Assembly (NCBI RefSeq): GCF_009914755.1
Contig: NC_060927.1
Length of the DNA stretch: 64,000 nt
Strand: one strand, 5' to 3'
Origin: the human T2T-CHM13v2.0 reference genome, Homo sapiens
Position 1 is the stretch's first letter, and every line of letters begins with the position of its first letter. Below are positions 47,633 through 64,000 of the stretch, piece after piece. Made by a program: the position numbers and the translations under genes. The notes below the pieces were generated by a model, which saw only the letters and a program-made list of their open reading frames with translations, was not told the origin of the DNA and did not search any database.

Positions 47633-48595
47633 GTACAACCTCTTTCCAGCATACTGCCATCAGCTAGTAGAGGCAACTGCAAACAAATGGTAGGAGTTGC
47701 CCAGGAAGGTATTTGGGCTGGACAAAGTGATAGCAACCCTCCAGACCCTGGCTCCTTATAAATGTATAGCAATTCATTCATACAAACTGCACAGAGGTTA
47801 AACAAAACCTACTAAAAAAATTAAAAAATCCCACAAAATCCCCAACCCAGAAAACGTTTCCTGGCTCTCTACTAACAGTAAAATGTGCTGAGCCCAAATT
47901 TTCTGCTCTAACATGGGTCCCACGGACCTATCAGTCTGCTCTGGGGTGCTGACCTGCTGGGTCCTGAGCAGGGTCTTTCCCTAAGCATCACTGTGGGTTT
48001 GGAGACAGCTGTAATGTGTGCAGCTGTCAGCAGAAAGTACAATGCCACTGGGCTACATATGTCCATATCATCCACCACCATTTCCCACTGTAAAACCAAA
48101 GGCTGCAACTGTGAACAAATGTGGACTTCCTCAAAGGACAAATGAGGAGACTGAAGGCTACATTTCCTCCTTTGAGAACCATTAGAGAGTGTCTACAGTT
48201 ATACAACAGGTTTCTGCAGACCCTGTGGTAACTTCCAAAAGCAAGAGTAGCAGCAAGAGAGGAAAGGAGCATGTTTATACTTTGGACTTTGTATCAGGCA
48301 CTTAAATTGTTGGAGAGACATGCCGTTTTGAACCAAAGATATAAAAACTGGGTTGGAGTAATCTTTACAAGTGGTCTAATGAATGGGCCTTCAGAAGCAA
48401 AGTGGAGGTGTGGGTTGAACCTCTGCCCATCCTTTAGTGCTGACTTTCAAGTTTTCTAAATGCCCATAACCACAGCAATGGCAGCAGTGGCGGCAACGGC
48501 AGGAACAGTTCTGTCATGTCTGTTTTCTGTATGTGTTCTGTGGCTGACCAGAAGGTTTTGGTGTCACACTAAGAAGGCTCTGGGGTGTGGCACAC

Positions 48596-48729
48596 CTACT
48601 GCCCGAGGTTGCCCAGATCCACGCTGGAGCCAAACATCTTCACCAGCTGTTCCTCATAGTGTGAGATGTTCCTCTTCATGATGTCCATGCAGGGCCCCAG
48701 AAGCCTCTCGAATGCTTGTACATCCATAA
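48596..48729 (-). CDS. PRKAR2A: PRKAR2A terminal coding exon, (V)[43 protein letters not shown]
   Basis: CAG acceptor at 48730-48731. The phase-1 junction completes Val (G|TT). TAG stop at 48596-48598. This is the C-terminal part of ORF 48596..48853. Confidence 0.98.
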
Positions 48730-49067
48730 CTGCATTGTTAAAAAAAGGTGAGGGAGAGAATGAATTCAAGCCATTTCCCTCATGCAAACCTTTTCCTAAA
48801 CATACCCATTCATGTTGTATGAGATTACGCCTTGGGACACCAGCCACTTGCAAAAAGGGATGTTTCTATATGAATTCAGAAGACTGTCATCCAGGTTAGA
48901 GACTTTACAGAGTCCAGCAGCTCCTGTTCTCCCCATTCTCCCACAGCCCTGGACATCAGTTCTTTTCATACGGCTAAAGAACCTGCATGCCTGTCTTGCT
49001 CACAGGCTGTCATCAGTACTCAGAAATGTTTGCTGAAAGCATCCATTCATCCATCTCTGGTTGGTCA

Positions 49068-49328
<261 letters not shown>

Positions 49329-49908
49329 CTACAGCAGGCAAAGAACATGACCTAGGCTGACTCCAGGATCACAGCTGGGCATGTCCAGTTGCACACACAT
49401 ACACTGTTCTCAGCATACTCTACACAATTACTGAGGAATTCACTTTGCAGAAAATTCACTAACTGTACCATGTAAACTCCATGGACTAATCTCAGTGGTC
49501 TGGTTTGATCAGAAAAGTCTGCTTTTTACCTAGAGCTCGGAGTCCTAACATTTTCAAGGTAATCTACAGCCATACCATTCTGAACATGCCCAATCTTGTC
49601 TAAATAAGGACAATGCTTCTCTTAGGTAATGAGCCACAAACTTGGGCTATTTCTCTGATTTGAGACTGCGCCTTGAACAACATTTTACAGTGACAAAATC
49701 CCCCATGCCCCCCACATTTTTTTTTAAGAGACAGGGTCTCACTCTGTCACCAAGGCTGGAGTTCAGAGGAATGATCACAGCTCATGCAGCCTTCAACTGT
49801 TGGCCTCAAGCAATCCTCCCATCTTGGCCTCCCAAAGTGCTCGGATTACAGGAGTGATTCACTGCTCCTGGCCAACAAATTTCTTTTTAAGTACTATTTG
49901 TACCTTAA

Positions 49909-50121
<213 letters not shown>

Positions 50122-50927
50122 TAGCAGAGACAGGGTTTCACCATGTTCGCCAGTATAGTCTCCATCTGCTGACCTCATAATCTGCCCGCCTCGGCCTCTC
50201 AAAGTGCTGGGATTATAGGCACTCCCCCCTCCCATTTTTTAAAATAAGAGTTAAGTAACTAAATTTAAGATAATATACTACATTATATTAATATCTAGAG
50301 GTTTTTTTTTTTAACAAATCCAACTGCTAACCAAAGTGATAATTTAAGTAAATAATTGTTTAGAATTTATTAGTAAGAATTAGTCTCAATCTCTAAGAAC
50401 CACTTTATGTTGTAGGCAGAAAGATAATTTCCTTTTTGGTTAATTTTTAAAAGAAACAAAACTGCTACACTAGCTTACACGGTTTGACCCTTCTTCCTTC
50501 TACACTTCTGCCCTGTTGCTCTGAAGTTGGTCTGTTTCATCTGAGCCAACTTTCCCTTTCCAATTTCAGTAGTATTCTCTGGAGTTGCAGCCATATTCGT
50601 GCCCACTTAGTCCCTTCTCTAAAACAGAAGGGACTTATCACACTGTCACATACACACCAGCTCCCGTATTACGCAGGTTTTCTCGCAATGCACATTCTGA
50701 TTCAGTAAATCTGGGGAAAAGCCAGGACTCTGAACTTCTGACAAACCACCCATCCCCAATATCCCAGTGCCATGCTGCTGCTGATCTTATGCACCTAACA
50801 CTATGCTGTGATCATAGCAGGTGTCAATGAATATCTGAGAAATCTACAAACATCACTAGTCCAAAAACTGTAAGTAAAATGACACAGACATTTCAAACTA
50901 TTGTTTTCTTTTTTTTTTTTTTTTTGA

Positions 50928-51089
<162 letters not shown>

Positions 51090-51140
51090 TAGTAGAGACG
51101 GGGTTTAACCATGTTAGCCAGGATGGTCTCGATCTCCTGA

Positions 51141-51564
<424 letters not shown>

Positions 51565-52538
51565 TGAGGTCAGGAGTTCCAGACCAGCCTGGCCAACATG
51601 GGGAAACCCTGTCCCTACTAAAAGTACAAAAAATTAGCTGGGCTTGGTGGTGGGAGCCTATAGTCCCAGCTACTTGCGAGGCTGAGGCAGGAGAATCGCT
51701 TGAACCCAGGGACGGAGGTTGCAGTAAGCTGAGATCACGCCACTGCACTCCAGCCTGGGCAACAAGAGCGACACTCTAGCTTAAAATAAAAAAGAATCAA
51801 GCTACCTTCAGCTACTCAGTAGGGTGAGGCACGAGAATCGATTGAAACTAGGGGGTTGGAGGTTGCAGTGAGTTGAGATTGCACCACTGCATTCCAGCCT
51901 GGGCAACAGAGCAAGACTCACTCAAAAAAAAAAAAAGAGAGAGAGAGAAAACAAATCCAGCTATCTTACAGACAGTAATATTCTTCTTTTTCCATACTTA
52001 TTAACTTTTTTTTTTTTTTTTTTTGAGACAGAGTCTTGCTCTGTTGCCCAGGCTGGAGTACAGTGGTGTGATCTCAGCTCACGCAAGCTCTGCCTCCCGG
52101 GTTCACGCCATTCTCCTGCCTTAGCCTCCCGAGTAGCTGGGACTACAGGCGCCCGCCACCATGCCTGGCTAATTTTTTGTATTTTTATTAGAGACAGGGT
52201 TTCACTGTGTTAGCCAGGATGGTCTCAATCTCCTGACCTCGTGATCTGCCCGCCTCAGCCTCCTAAAGTGCTGGGATTACAGGTGTGAGCCACCGTGCCC
52301 GGCTACTTATTAACTTTTACTCAATATATTTTGCTAAAGTTTTCATATTAACTCGACTTAGTATTATATATAACTGTTTTAACACACTCTGTATTCTCAA
52401 AAAAGAAAAAAAAGAAACCGAAAAATCTGGTGATGACAGATTTACCAGTAACAGTCATTCCTCCTACTTACAGCTCCTCAGTTTTCTAGGTCACACCATC
52501 CATTAAATGACCACAGTTATCCTAGAGACCTCTTCTAA

Positions 52539-52859
<321 letters not shown>

Positions 52860-53011
52860 TGACTGCAAGCTCTGCCTCCGGTGTTCATGCCATTCTCCTG
52901 CCTCAGCCTCCTGAGTAGCTGGGACTACAGGCGCCCGCCACCATGCCTGGCTAATTTTTTTTGTATTTTCAGTAGAGACAGGGTTTCACCGTGTTAGCCA
53001 GGATGGTTTCA

Positions 53012-53125
<114 letters not shown>

Positions 53126-53366
53126 TTATTGATTTGTAGGCCAATATTCCCTAAATCATTAATTACACAGCAGAGGCAAAGGGAGCAAGAATAAGAATAT
53201 GCTAAATCTATATCTAATCTAATCTAAATATGCTAAATCTATACTAAATGGGCTTAAACATGGGTCTTTGCCAGTCACACACCTCACATAACAATGATGG
53301 TTTGGTGTATTCAACACACTTCACATTATTTAAAACAAATAGTTACTTTTTGTGTGTACACCATCA

Positions 53367-53531
<165 letters not shown>

Positions 53532-54269
53532 TTAAGCTCTGATTTGTATTTATTTTTTAACTCTGCAAATGAATCAATAGTAAACAAATTCAGAGCAGGC
53601 AATGAGACCTTGCCTCTTAGGAAAAGGAAAAAAAAAAGAGCTTGAGAAGGTGAGATTTGAGCAAATATTGGGAGGACGTCTGAGTCAGGCATGCAGATAT
53701 ACGCGAAGCAGCTTTCAGGCACACTTCAGTTTCTGACCCCTCACTATTAACTTGTGGAACAAACACCATCTACATCAGATAACGCATTATTACTCATGCA
53801 CTCTCACTCTGTGTGGGTCTTTTGTCTTCACTGAGAATCTACTTCTGAGGCTTTCACAAACTTCATGCCCTTTGACCATCACACAGAGCCCCAAGTGGGC
53901 ACCATACACAGCTAGGCTGATGTTTCTGAGTTAATCTAGTCCCAGGACGTATCACTGCCCCATATGAGTAAATGCCACAGCTTTACAAAGGGGTGCCTGT
54001 GGGTTTCTGCCCTGCTATGTTGGGTAGGTATCTTAACAACCAGCAGAGCCAAATCACCATGAAGTTCTAGCATTACACAAACAGCTTCATGATAGGAGCT
54101 GACAAAGGATGAACAGCCATGAAAGAAACTTAGTAGGAGCCAGAGGCAGAGTCACAAAGAGGGAGAGGTACTTCACCAAGAAGAGGGTGGTGAAAAGGGA
54201 AGATCTGTGTGGTAGGAAAGATCTGCAAGTGATAGGTGGTGAAGGATAGTGCTTGAGCCCTTTTTGTTT

Positions 54270-54545
54270 AGATAGGTGTATAACATCCACCATTTAAAGT
54301 GGTCACATTTCAAGGCTTGATGACTTTTTACAAATGTATAAACCTGTATAACCACCTCCTAGATCAAAATAGAAAATATATCCGTTCTTCAAAAGGCTCC
54401 CTCCGGAGTTCAGTCAAAACTACCACATTCCCACCCATGAAGTAACTATATCTAATTTCTGTCCTTGTAGGTTTTGGCCATTCCTTAACTTAATATAAAT
54501 GGAATCATATATTTTTTGTATCTGGCTTATTTTAGTCCATATTGT
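54270..54545 (-). mobile_element. L1M 3'-end fragment
   Basis: ACCTGTATAACCACCTCCTAGATCAAAATAG...TATAAATGGAATCATAT is typical of old L1 3' UTRs. Confidence 0.6.
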
Positions 54546-54547
54546 TA

Positions 54548-55427
<880 letters not shown>

Positions 55428-55435
55428 CTAAACTA

Positions 55436-55783
<348 letters not shown>

Positions 55784-57202
55784 TCATTTTTTTTGCCAAA
55801 GAAGTCTAAGAAAGTAGGTACTATTACTATCCAATTTTGTGGATGACTTTCCTCAGAAGCCTGGGGGATAAATAATCTTTCCCTAGCAGGTAGCGTGAGT
55901 AGTTGGTAGATTCAGGGTTGAGAGGAGATGGGAAAGAATGTCATCTAGAATACATGAGAAACAAAAAGCCTTGGTTCACCTCTTCCTCTGGACCAAATGA
56001 AGGACAGTGAAAGGACTTTGGTCCATTAAATTTTACTGATTTGGTAATACTTCACTACAATGGATTATGATAATGTGAAACAATGCAAGGGGATAAAATT
56101 TAAAATAAAACCATGTTTTGATGATTTTAACCATCAGCTGAAAACAGTTGATCTTTGTGGCAGTTAAGGGATGCACTCTTTTGCATTTCCAATCTCATGA
56201 AACAGCCTGGTTAGGCTGGGACAGGCTAAATGTGTGGGCCAAGACACACATTTCCTGTTTCCATGCTGTCCAGTGGTGGATATTCTGGGTATACTGGCTG
56301 TTCAGGCTTTGTAGGACTGCTGTCATTTTGCAGGGTAGAATGAGATGACTACCCAGTTGGAAAAGAGAGCTCACTGGAAGAGCATCCTGCCCCCTTTTTT
56401 TTTTTTTTTTTTGAGACGGAGTTTCACTCTTGTTGCCCAGGCTGGAGCGCAATGGCGCGATCTTGGCTCACCACAACTTCTACCTCCTGGGTTCAAGTGA
56501 TTCTCCTGCCTCAGCCTCCTGAGTAGCTGGGATTTACAGGCACGTGCCACCACATTCAGTTAATTTTGTATTTTTAGTAGAGACAGGGTTTCTCCATGTT
56601 GGTCAGGCTGGTCTCGAACCCCCAACCTCAGGTGATCCGCCTGCCTCGGCCTCCCTAAGTGCTGGGATTACAGGCATGAGCCACTGCGCCCGGCCAAGTA
56701 TCCTGCTTTTCAAGTTCACTAATAGGCTCTGTGTACACATCTCACAGAAAGAACATTCCATTCTACATTCAACAGTAAAGAAGCCAGACTGTACTGCATT
56801 TTAGGTCTTTGTGAACATGTCATCAGGTTCTTATATGTCTCTTTTTCACAACAGATAATATAAGATCCACATTCCACCATAAGAATGACTGAAGCCCTAA
56901 TTTTCAGGATATGGGAATCTTTTTGGTTTAATGCAATGGTACTTTAATAGCAAAAACATAAAACATGATTTTGTAAAACTAAAGCCACCTTCTGTCTACA
57001 TTACTCTAAGAATAAGCTAAATATTCTATCAATCATGAAAATTACTTGTGAAAATTATACAAGTCATTAAAAAACAAAAATGTAGGCCAGGTGTGGTGGC
57101 TCACGCCATCCCAGTACTTTGGAAGGCCAAGGCGGACAGATCACCTGAGGTCAGAAGCTTGAGACCAGCATGGCCAACAGGCAAAAACCCTGTTCTCTAC
57201 TA

Positions 57203-57364
<162 letters not shown>

Positions 57365-58073
57365 TCAAAAAACAAAACAAAACAAAACAAAACACAAAAA
57401 TGTAGTCAGGTATGGTGGCACAAGCCTGTAATCTTAGCTACTTGGGAGGTGAGGTGGGAGGATCACTTGAGGTCAGAAGTTCAAGACCAGCATGGGCAAC
57501 ATAGAGAGGCCCTGTCTCTACAAAAAATTTAAAAATTAGCTGGGTGTAGGCCGGGCGCAGTGGCTCACACCTGTAATCCCAGCACTTTGGGAGGCCGAGG
57601 CTGAGGTGGGCGGATCACCTGAGGTAGGGAGTTCACAGACCAGCCTGACCAACATGGAGAAACCCTGTCTTTACTAAAAAAAAAAAAAAAAAAATTAGCT
57701 GGGCATGGTGGTGCATGCCTGTAATCCCAGCTACTCAGGAAGCTGAGGCAGGAGAATCGCTTGAACACAGGAGGCGGGGGTGGTGGTGAGCTGAGATCGT
57801 GGCATTGCACTCTGGCCTGGGCAACAAGAGCAAAACTCCGTCTCAAAAAAAAAAAAAAAAAAATTAGCTTAGTGTGGTGGCATTACTTGGAAGGCTAAGG
57901 GAAGAGTATTGCTTGAGCCTAGAAGTTCAAGGCTGCAGTGAGCTATGATTGCACACTGTACTGAAGCCTGAAAGACAGAGTGAGACCTTGCTTCTAATAA
58001 ACAAAAACAAGGCTGAGTGCAGTGGCTCACACCTGTAATCCCAGCACTTTGGGAGGCAGAGGAAGGAGGATCA

Positions 58074-60140
<2,067 letters not shown>

Positions 60141-60164
60141 ACAAATGAAACAACATAAAATGTA

Positions 60165-60285
60165 GTTTCTGATTCAGCAGGTCTGGTGGGGGGCTCCAGA
60201 ACTTGCATTCCTAACAATTCTAACATCCTCAGATGATGCTGATTGCTGCTGGTCCTGGGACCTCACTTTGAGAAGCCTTGGTCCA
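60165..60285. mobile_element. MER5-type DNA transposon fragment (a similar one lies at ~50690-50810)
   Basis: TTCTGATTCAGCAGGTCTGG...TGCATTCCTAACAA...GATGCTGATTGCTGCTGGTCC...CACTTTGAGAA. Confidence 0.7.
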
Positions 60286-61551
60286 GTGAGAGACATTGAC
60301 AAAAGGGACCTACAATAAGCCCCTTTTAATATCATCTTAATTAATGTCCATTCTGTACCACTACCTATCTACCTTGAAGATAGATAGCACTCTATCTTCA
60401 AGAGCACAGACCATGAAGAAAACACTATTGACTTCTCACATCTCCTGACATACTTCCTGAAAACCCAGTATGAGACAGGCCTAGAACCTTCAGGATGACT
60501 TGAAGGTCCTTTGAATGTTACTTAAAGCACCTTAGGTTCAGAAGCAAATGTGGCCAGTTAACATCTCCCATTTCTGAATCTCAGCACTACATTCTTACCA
60601 TACCAGGATACCTGCTCTGAAACACAGCTCACACCACTGGCCTTTGCTAATATTGTTTTCTTGCTCTGAAGGACCTTTCCCTGATCCCAAACATTGAAAT
60701 TGCACTTGTTTTTTAAGCCCATCTCAAATGGCATTTCCTCAATGAAACCATATGTATTACTTCCATTTCTATGTTCTCACTGTCGTTCATACTCTCCTTC
60801 ATTATAGTGCTTATCATATCTGGTCCTACCTATCTTAATAAATGTTTATAGAATATTCCAATTTCTAATTAAAAGAATTATTAATAGTAACGGCTCCTAG
60901 AAAACAAATACATTTAGAGATGTGACTCAGAGTAGACATCATATTTTTGTTAGTCCTTTATCTCTTCCAAGGGAGCTTTTTTCTCCCCTTTTATGGTAAG
61001 TCTGATTAGTCCTTGTGTTCTAGTGGGGCCAACTCCACCCACAGGACCCACACCTGACCAATCTGAGCCTTTCCTCCTCGTAGTCTCAGTACTGGGTTCT
61101 AGGATAAGCATATCACCCAACCTAGACCAACCATGTATCTTCTCCGTGCTCTTGAGCCAGAACCATAGGCAGATAAGCTTATACCTGGAAAAGTCCAATA
61201 CTATTTATGTTTAATTAAAAATACAAACACAGCGGACAAAGAAAATTATCAGACAGTACTCATTACAATGATCTAGCCCACTGTTTAGTAATCTTTACAT
61301 CTTACAAATTTGGTTAATCACTGAAGACTGTGAACTCTGATTTGTGTTAGATTAGCCAAAAGGATGCCTTTGTGTCAAATATAGAAAGTTAGAGGACAGA
61401 ACTCTTTAACCTTCCTCAGGTTCTAATAGCAATGGATGAAACTTACTTAAGGTCAAAAGAAAATGACATCAAAAGAACAAACACTAGAAGCCAAGGAAAG
61501 GTGAAAGGAAGCAAGAGATCTGCACGTGTCAGTAAGACGGACGTCAATAAG

Positions 61552-61582
61552 CTTCAGAGGACTACATAATAGTCCTCTGAAG
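61552..61582. repeat. Perfect 13-bp inverted repeat with a 5-nt loop
   Basis: CTTCAGAGGACTA-CATAA-TAGTCCTCTGAAG. Confidence 0.95.
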
Positions 61583-61961
61583 TATGATCTATTACCTGGT
61601 AATAAGAGCTCCCAACAGTGGGAGAACATAGAAGGTTTTTTGGTTTTTTTTTGAAATGGAGTCTTGCTCTGTTGCCCAGGCTGGAGGCAGTGGCGCAATC
61701 TCGACTCACTGAAACCTTTGCCTCCTGGGTTCCAGCAATTCTCCCGCCTCAGCCTCCCAAGTAGCTGGGATTACAGGCATGGGCCACCACACCCAGCTAA
61801 TTTTTGTATTTTTAGTAGAGATGGAGTTTTACCATGTTGGCCAGGCTGGTCTTGAACTCCTGGCCTCAAGTGATCCACCTGCCTCAGCCTCCCGAAGTGT
61901 TGGGATTACAGGCGTGAGCCACTGCGTCCGGCAAGAAGTTTTTGAGATAAATGATGTACTA

Positions 61962-62123
<162 letters not shown>

Positions 62124-62241
62124 TTAATTGAAAGTCACAATAGCTATGCAGCACAGAAATAGGATTAGAATAGTATGATTTGAAAACCTAACAACAGAAT
62201 AGTTTTAAAAGCTTTTCCTGATCCCCATGAACAGATTCTTA

Positions 62242-62358
<117 letters not shown>

Positions 62359-62837
62359 CTACAAGAAAGAATATGAAAATTCTAGTAAATGCCTATATAC
62401 AGGAACATCTATGGTTTAATTAACTGGCCAAAGCAAATATTAGAGGAATATGTAAGTTACTGTGTTAATTAAGTGTTTAATGATACTTCAATCTTGAGTC
62501 ATCACTGGAAGTAAAGGACCTATAGCCTGAGCCAGCCAGATGCCCACATGCTGTTGCTTGCTATCTAGCACTCAATAGGTGCCACCTATGGGTCATAAAT
62601 AGAACCCAAAACAGAAAACACCTAAACATTTATGAGCTCACTGTCACTGTTCAATATCAAAAAAGACACCTCTAGTGAGCCGAGATCATGTCACTGCACT
62701 CCAGCCTGGGTGACAGAGTGAGACCCTCATTTCAAAAAAAAAAAAAAAAAAAAAAAAAAGAGACACCTCACCAAAAGAGAGAATAAAACAATCATTTAAT
62801 CCTTAGAATCCAGGATTTAAAAAAACTTAAAAAATCC

Positions 62838-62899
62838 AAAACAATTAGATTGTTCTTGCCTAAAAAAAGAACAATTAGATTGTTCTTACCCTAAAAAAG
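62838..62899. repeat. 30-bp tandem duplication of a palindromic unit
   Basis: AACAATTAGATTGTTCTT at 62840 and again at 62870. Confidence 0.9.
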
Positions 62900-63377
62900 T
62901 TTACAATCTTAATGGGGAGATAATATAAAATATCAAAATATGAAGGTTGGCTGAATGCAGTGGCTCACTGCCTGTACTCCTAGCATTTTGGGAGGCTAAG
63001 GTGGGCAAATTGCTTGAGCCCAGGAGTATGAGACCAGCCTAGGCAACATGGTGAAACACGCTCTCTACGAAAAAATACACAAAAAAAGTTAGCTGGGCAT
63101 GGTGGCACTTGTCTGTACTTGGGTGGCTGAGGTGAAAGGCTCACCAGAGCCTGAGAGGTCAAAGCTGCAGTGAGTTGTGATTGTACCACTGCATTCCAGC
63201 CTGGGCAGCAGAGTGACACTATGTCCCAAAAACAACAATATCAACAACAACAACAACAACAACAAAATACATAGGAATAAAAAGTCTACATTTCAAGGAC
63301 AGGTGCAGTGGCTCACACCTGTAATCCCAGCATTCTGGGAGGCTGAGTCAGACAGATCACTTGAGCTCAGGAGTTCA

Positions 63378-63653
<276 letters not shown>

Positions 63654-64000
63654 CTACAGAAGACAAGTGCCACATAAATTTCAAGGTAAGAAGGGGAGAT
63701 CACAGTAGGCAGGAGTGATCAAAGATTATTTTGCAGCAAAAATGTCTAGGACCTGAAAGAGAGGTAGGATTTAAGTTAATGGAGAGACACGGGAGGAATA
63801 CGCAAGATGGAAGGCAGGCATATGAAAGATACCTTGACTCTAGCAAGTCATGGATTCCTTCTGTTTTATTTTGAGATAGGGTCCCCCAATGTTGTCCAGG
63901 CTGGCTTTGAACTCCTGGGGTCAAGTGATCTCCCCACCTCAGCCTCCCAAGTAGCTGGGACTACAGGTACACAACACTGTGCCTGGCTTAGTAAGTAATG

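Noticed and set aside
48730-48853. N-terminal half of ORF 48596..48853
   Set aside because: It is intronic, upstream of the acceptor at 48730-48731, and not part of PRKAR2A.
53197-53243. AATATGCTAAATCTATA direct repeat, and likewise the TAATCCCAG triplication at ~27951-27978
   Set aside because: Ordinary slippage microduplications with no sign of function.

Overview
This is human (or near-identical great-ape) genomic DNA and is extremely Alu-dense: by eye about half the window is Alu. It holds two minus-strand genes in tandem. The 3' part of PRKAR2A (PKA regulatory subunit RII-alpha) contributes five coding exons between 62358 and 48596, with intact GT-AG junctions and one continuous reading frame, plus a ~5 kb 3' UTR ending near 43.6 kb. 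A CpG-island promoter and non-coding first exon at ~14.1-14.45 kb, with its large first intron running off the left end, I recognise as IP6K2 (3p21.31). That identification comes from remembered mRNA sequence and gene order; the main IP6K2 CDS is outside the window. Between the genes lie a 3'-truncated HERV-H provirus (LTR7-family 5' LTR, His PBS, decayed gag-pro-pol, three AluY insertions), a full-length SVA nested in an ERV1 solo LTR nested in an MLT1, two BC200-like retrocopies, and MLT2, L1, L2 and MER relics. Almost all ORFs in the supplied track are Alu/SVA artefacts. I see no evidence of a wholly new biological system. The best leads are: a 97/98-nt identical tract shared by two inverted Alus 5 kb apart (gene conversion or templated copy); two BC200-type monomers; candidate ATG-bearing cassette exons in IP6K2 intron 1; a cryptic minisatellite beside the IP6K2 promoter; possible upstream IP6K2 promoters; inverted Alus gated by alternative polyadenylation in the PRKAR2A 3' UTR; and two perfect intronic palindromes. 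Repeat subfamily names come from remembered consensus sequences and need RepeatMasker/Dfam confirmation.
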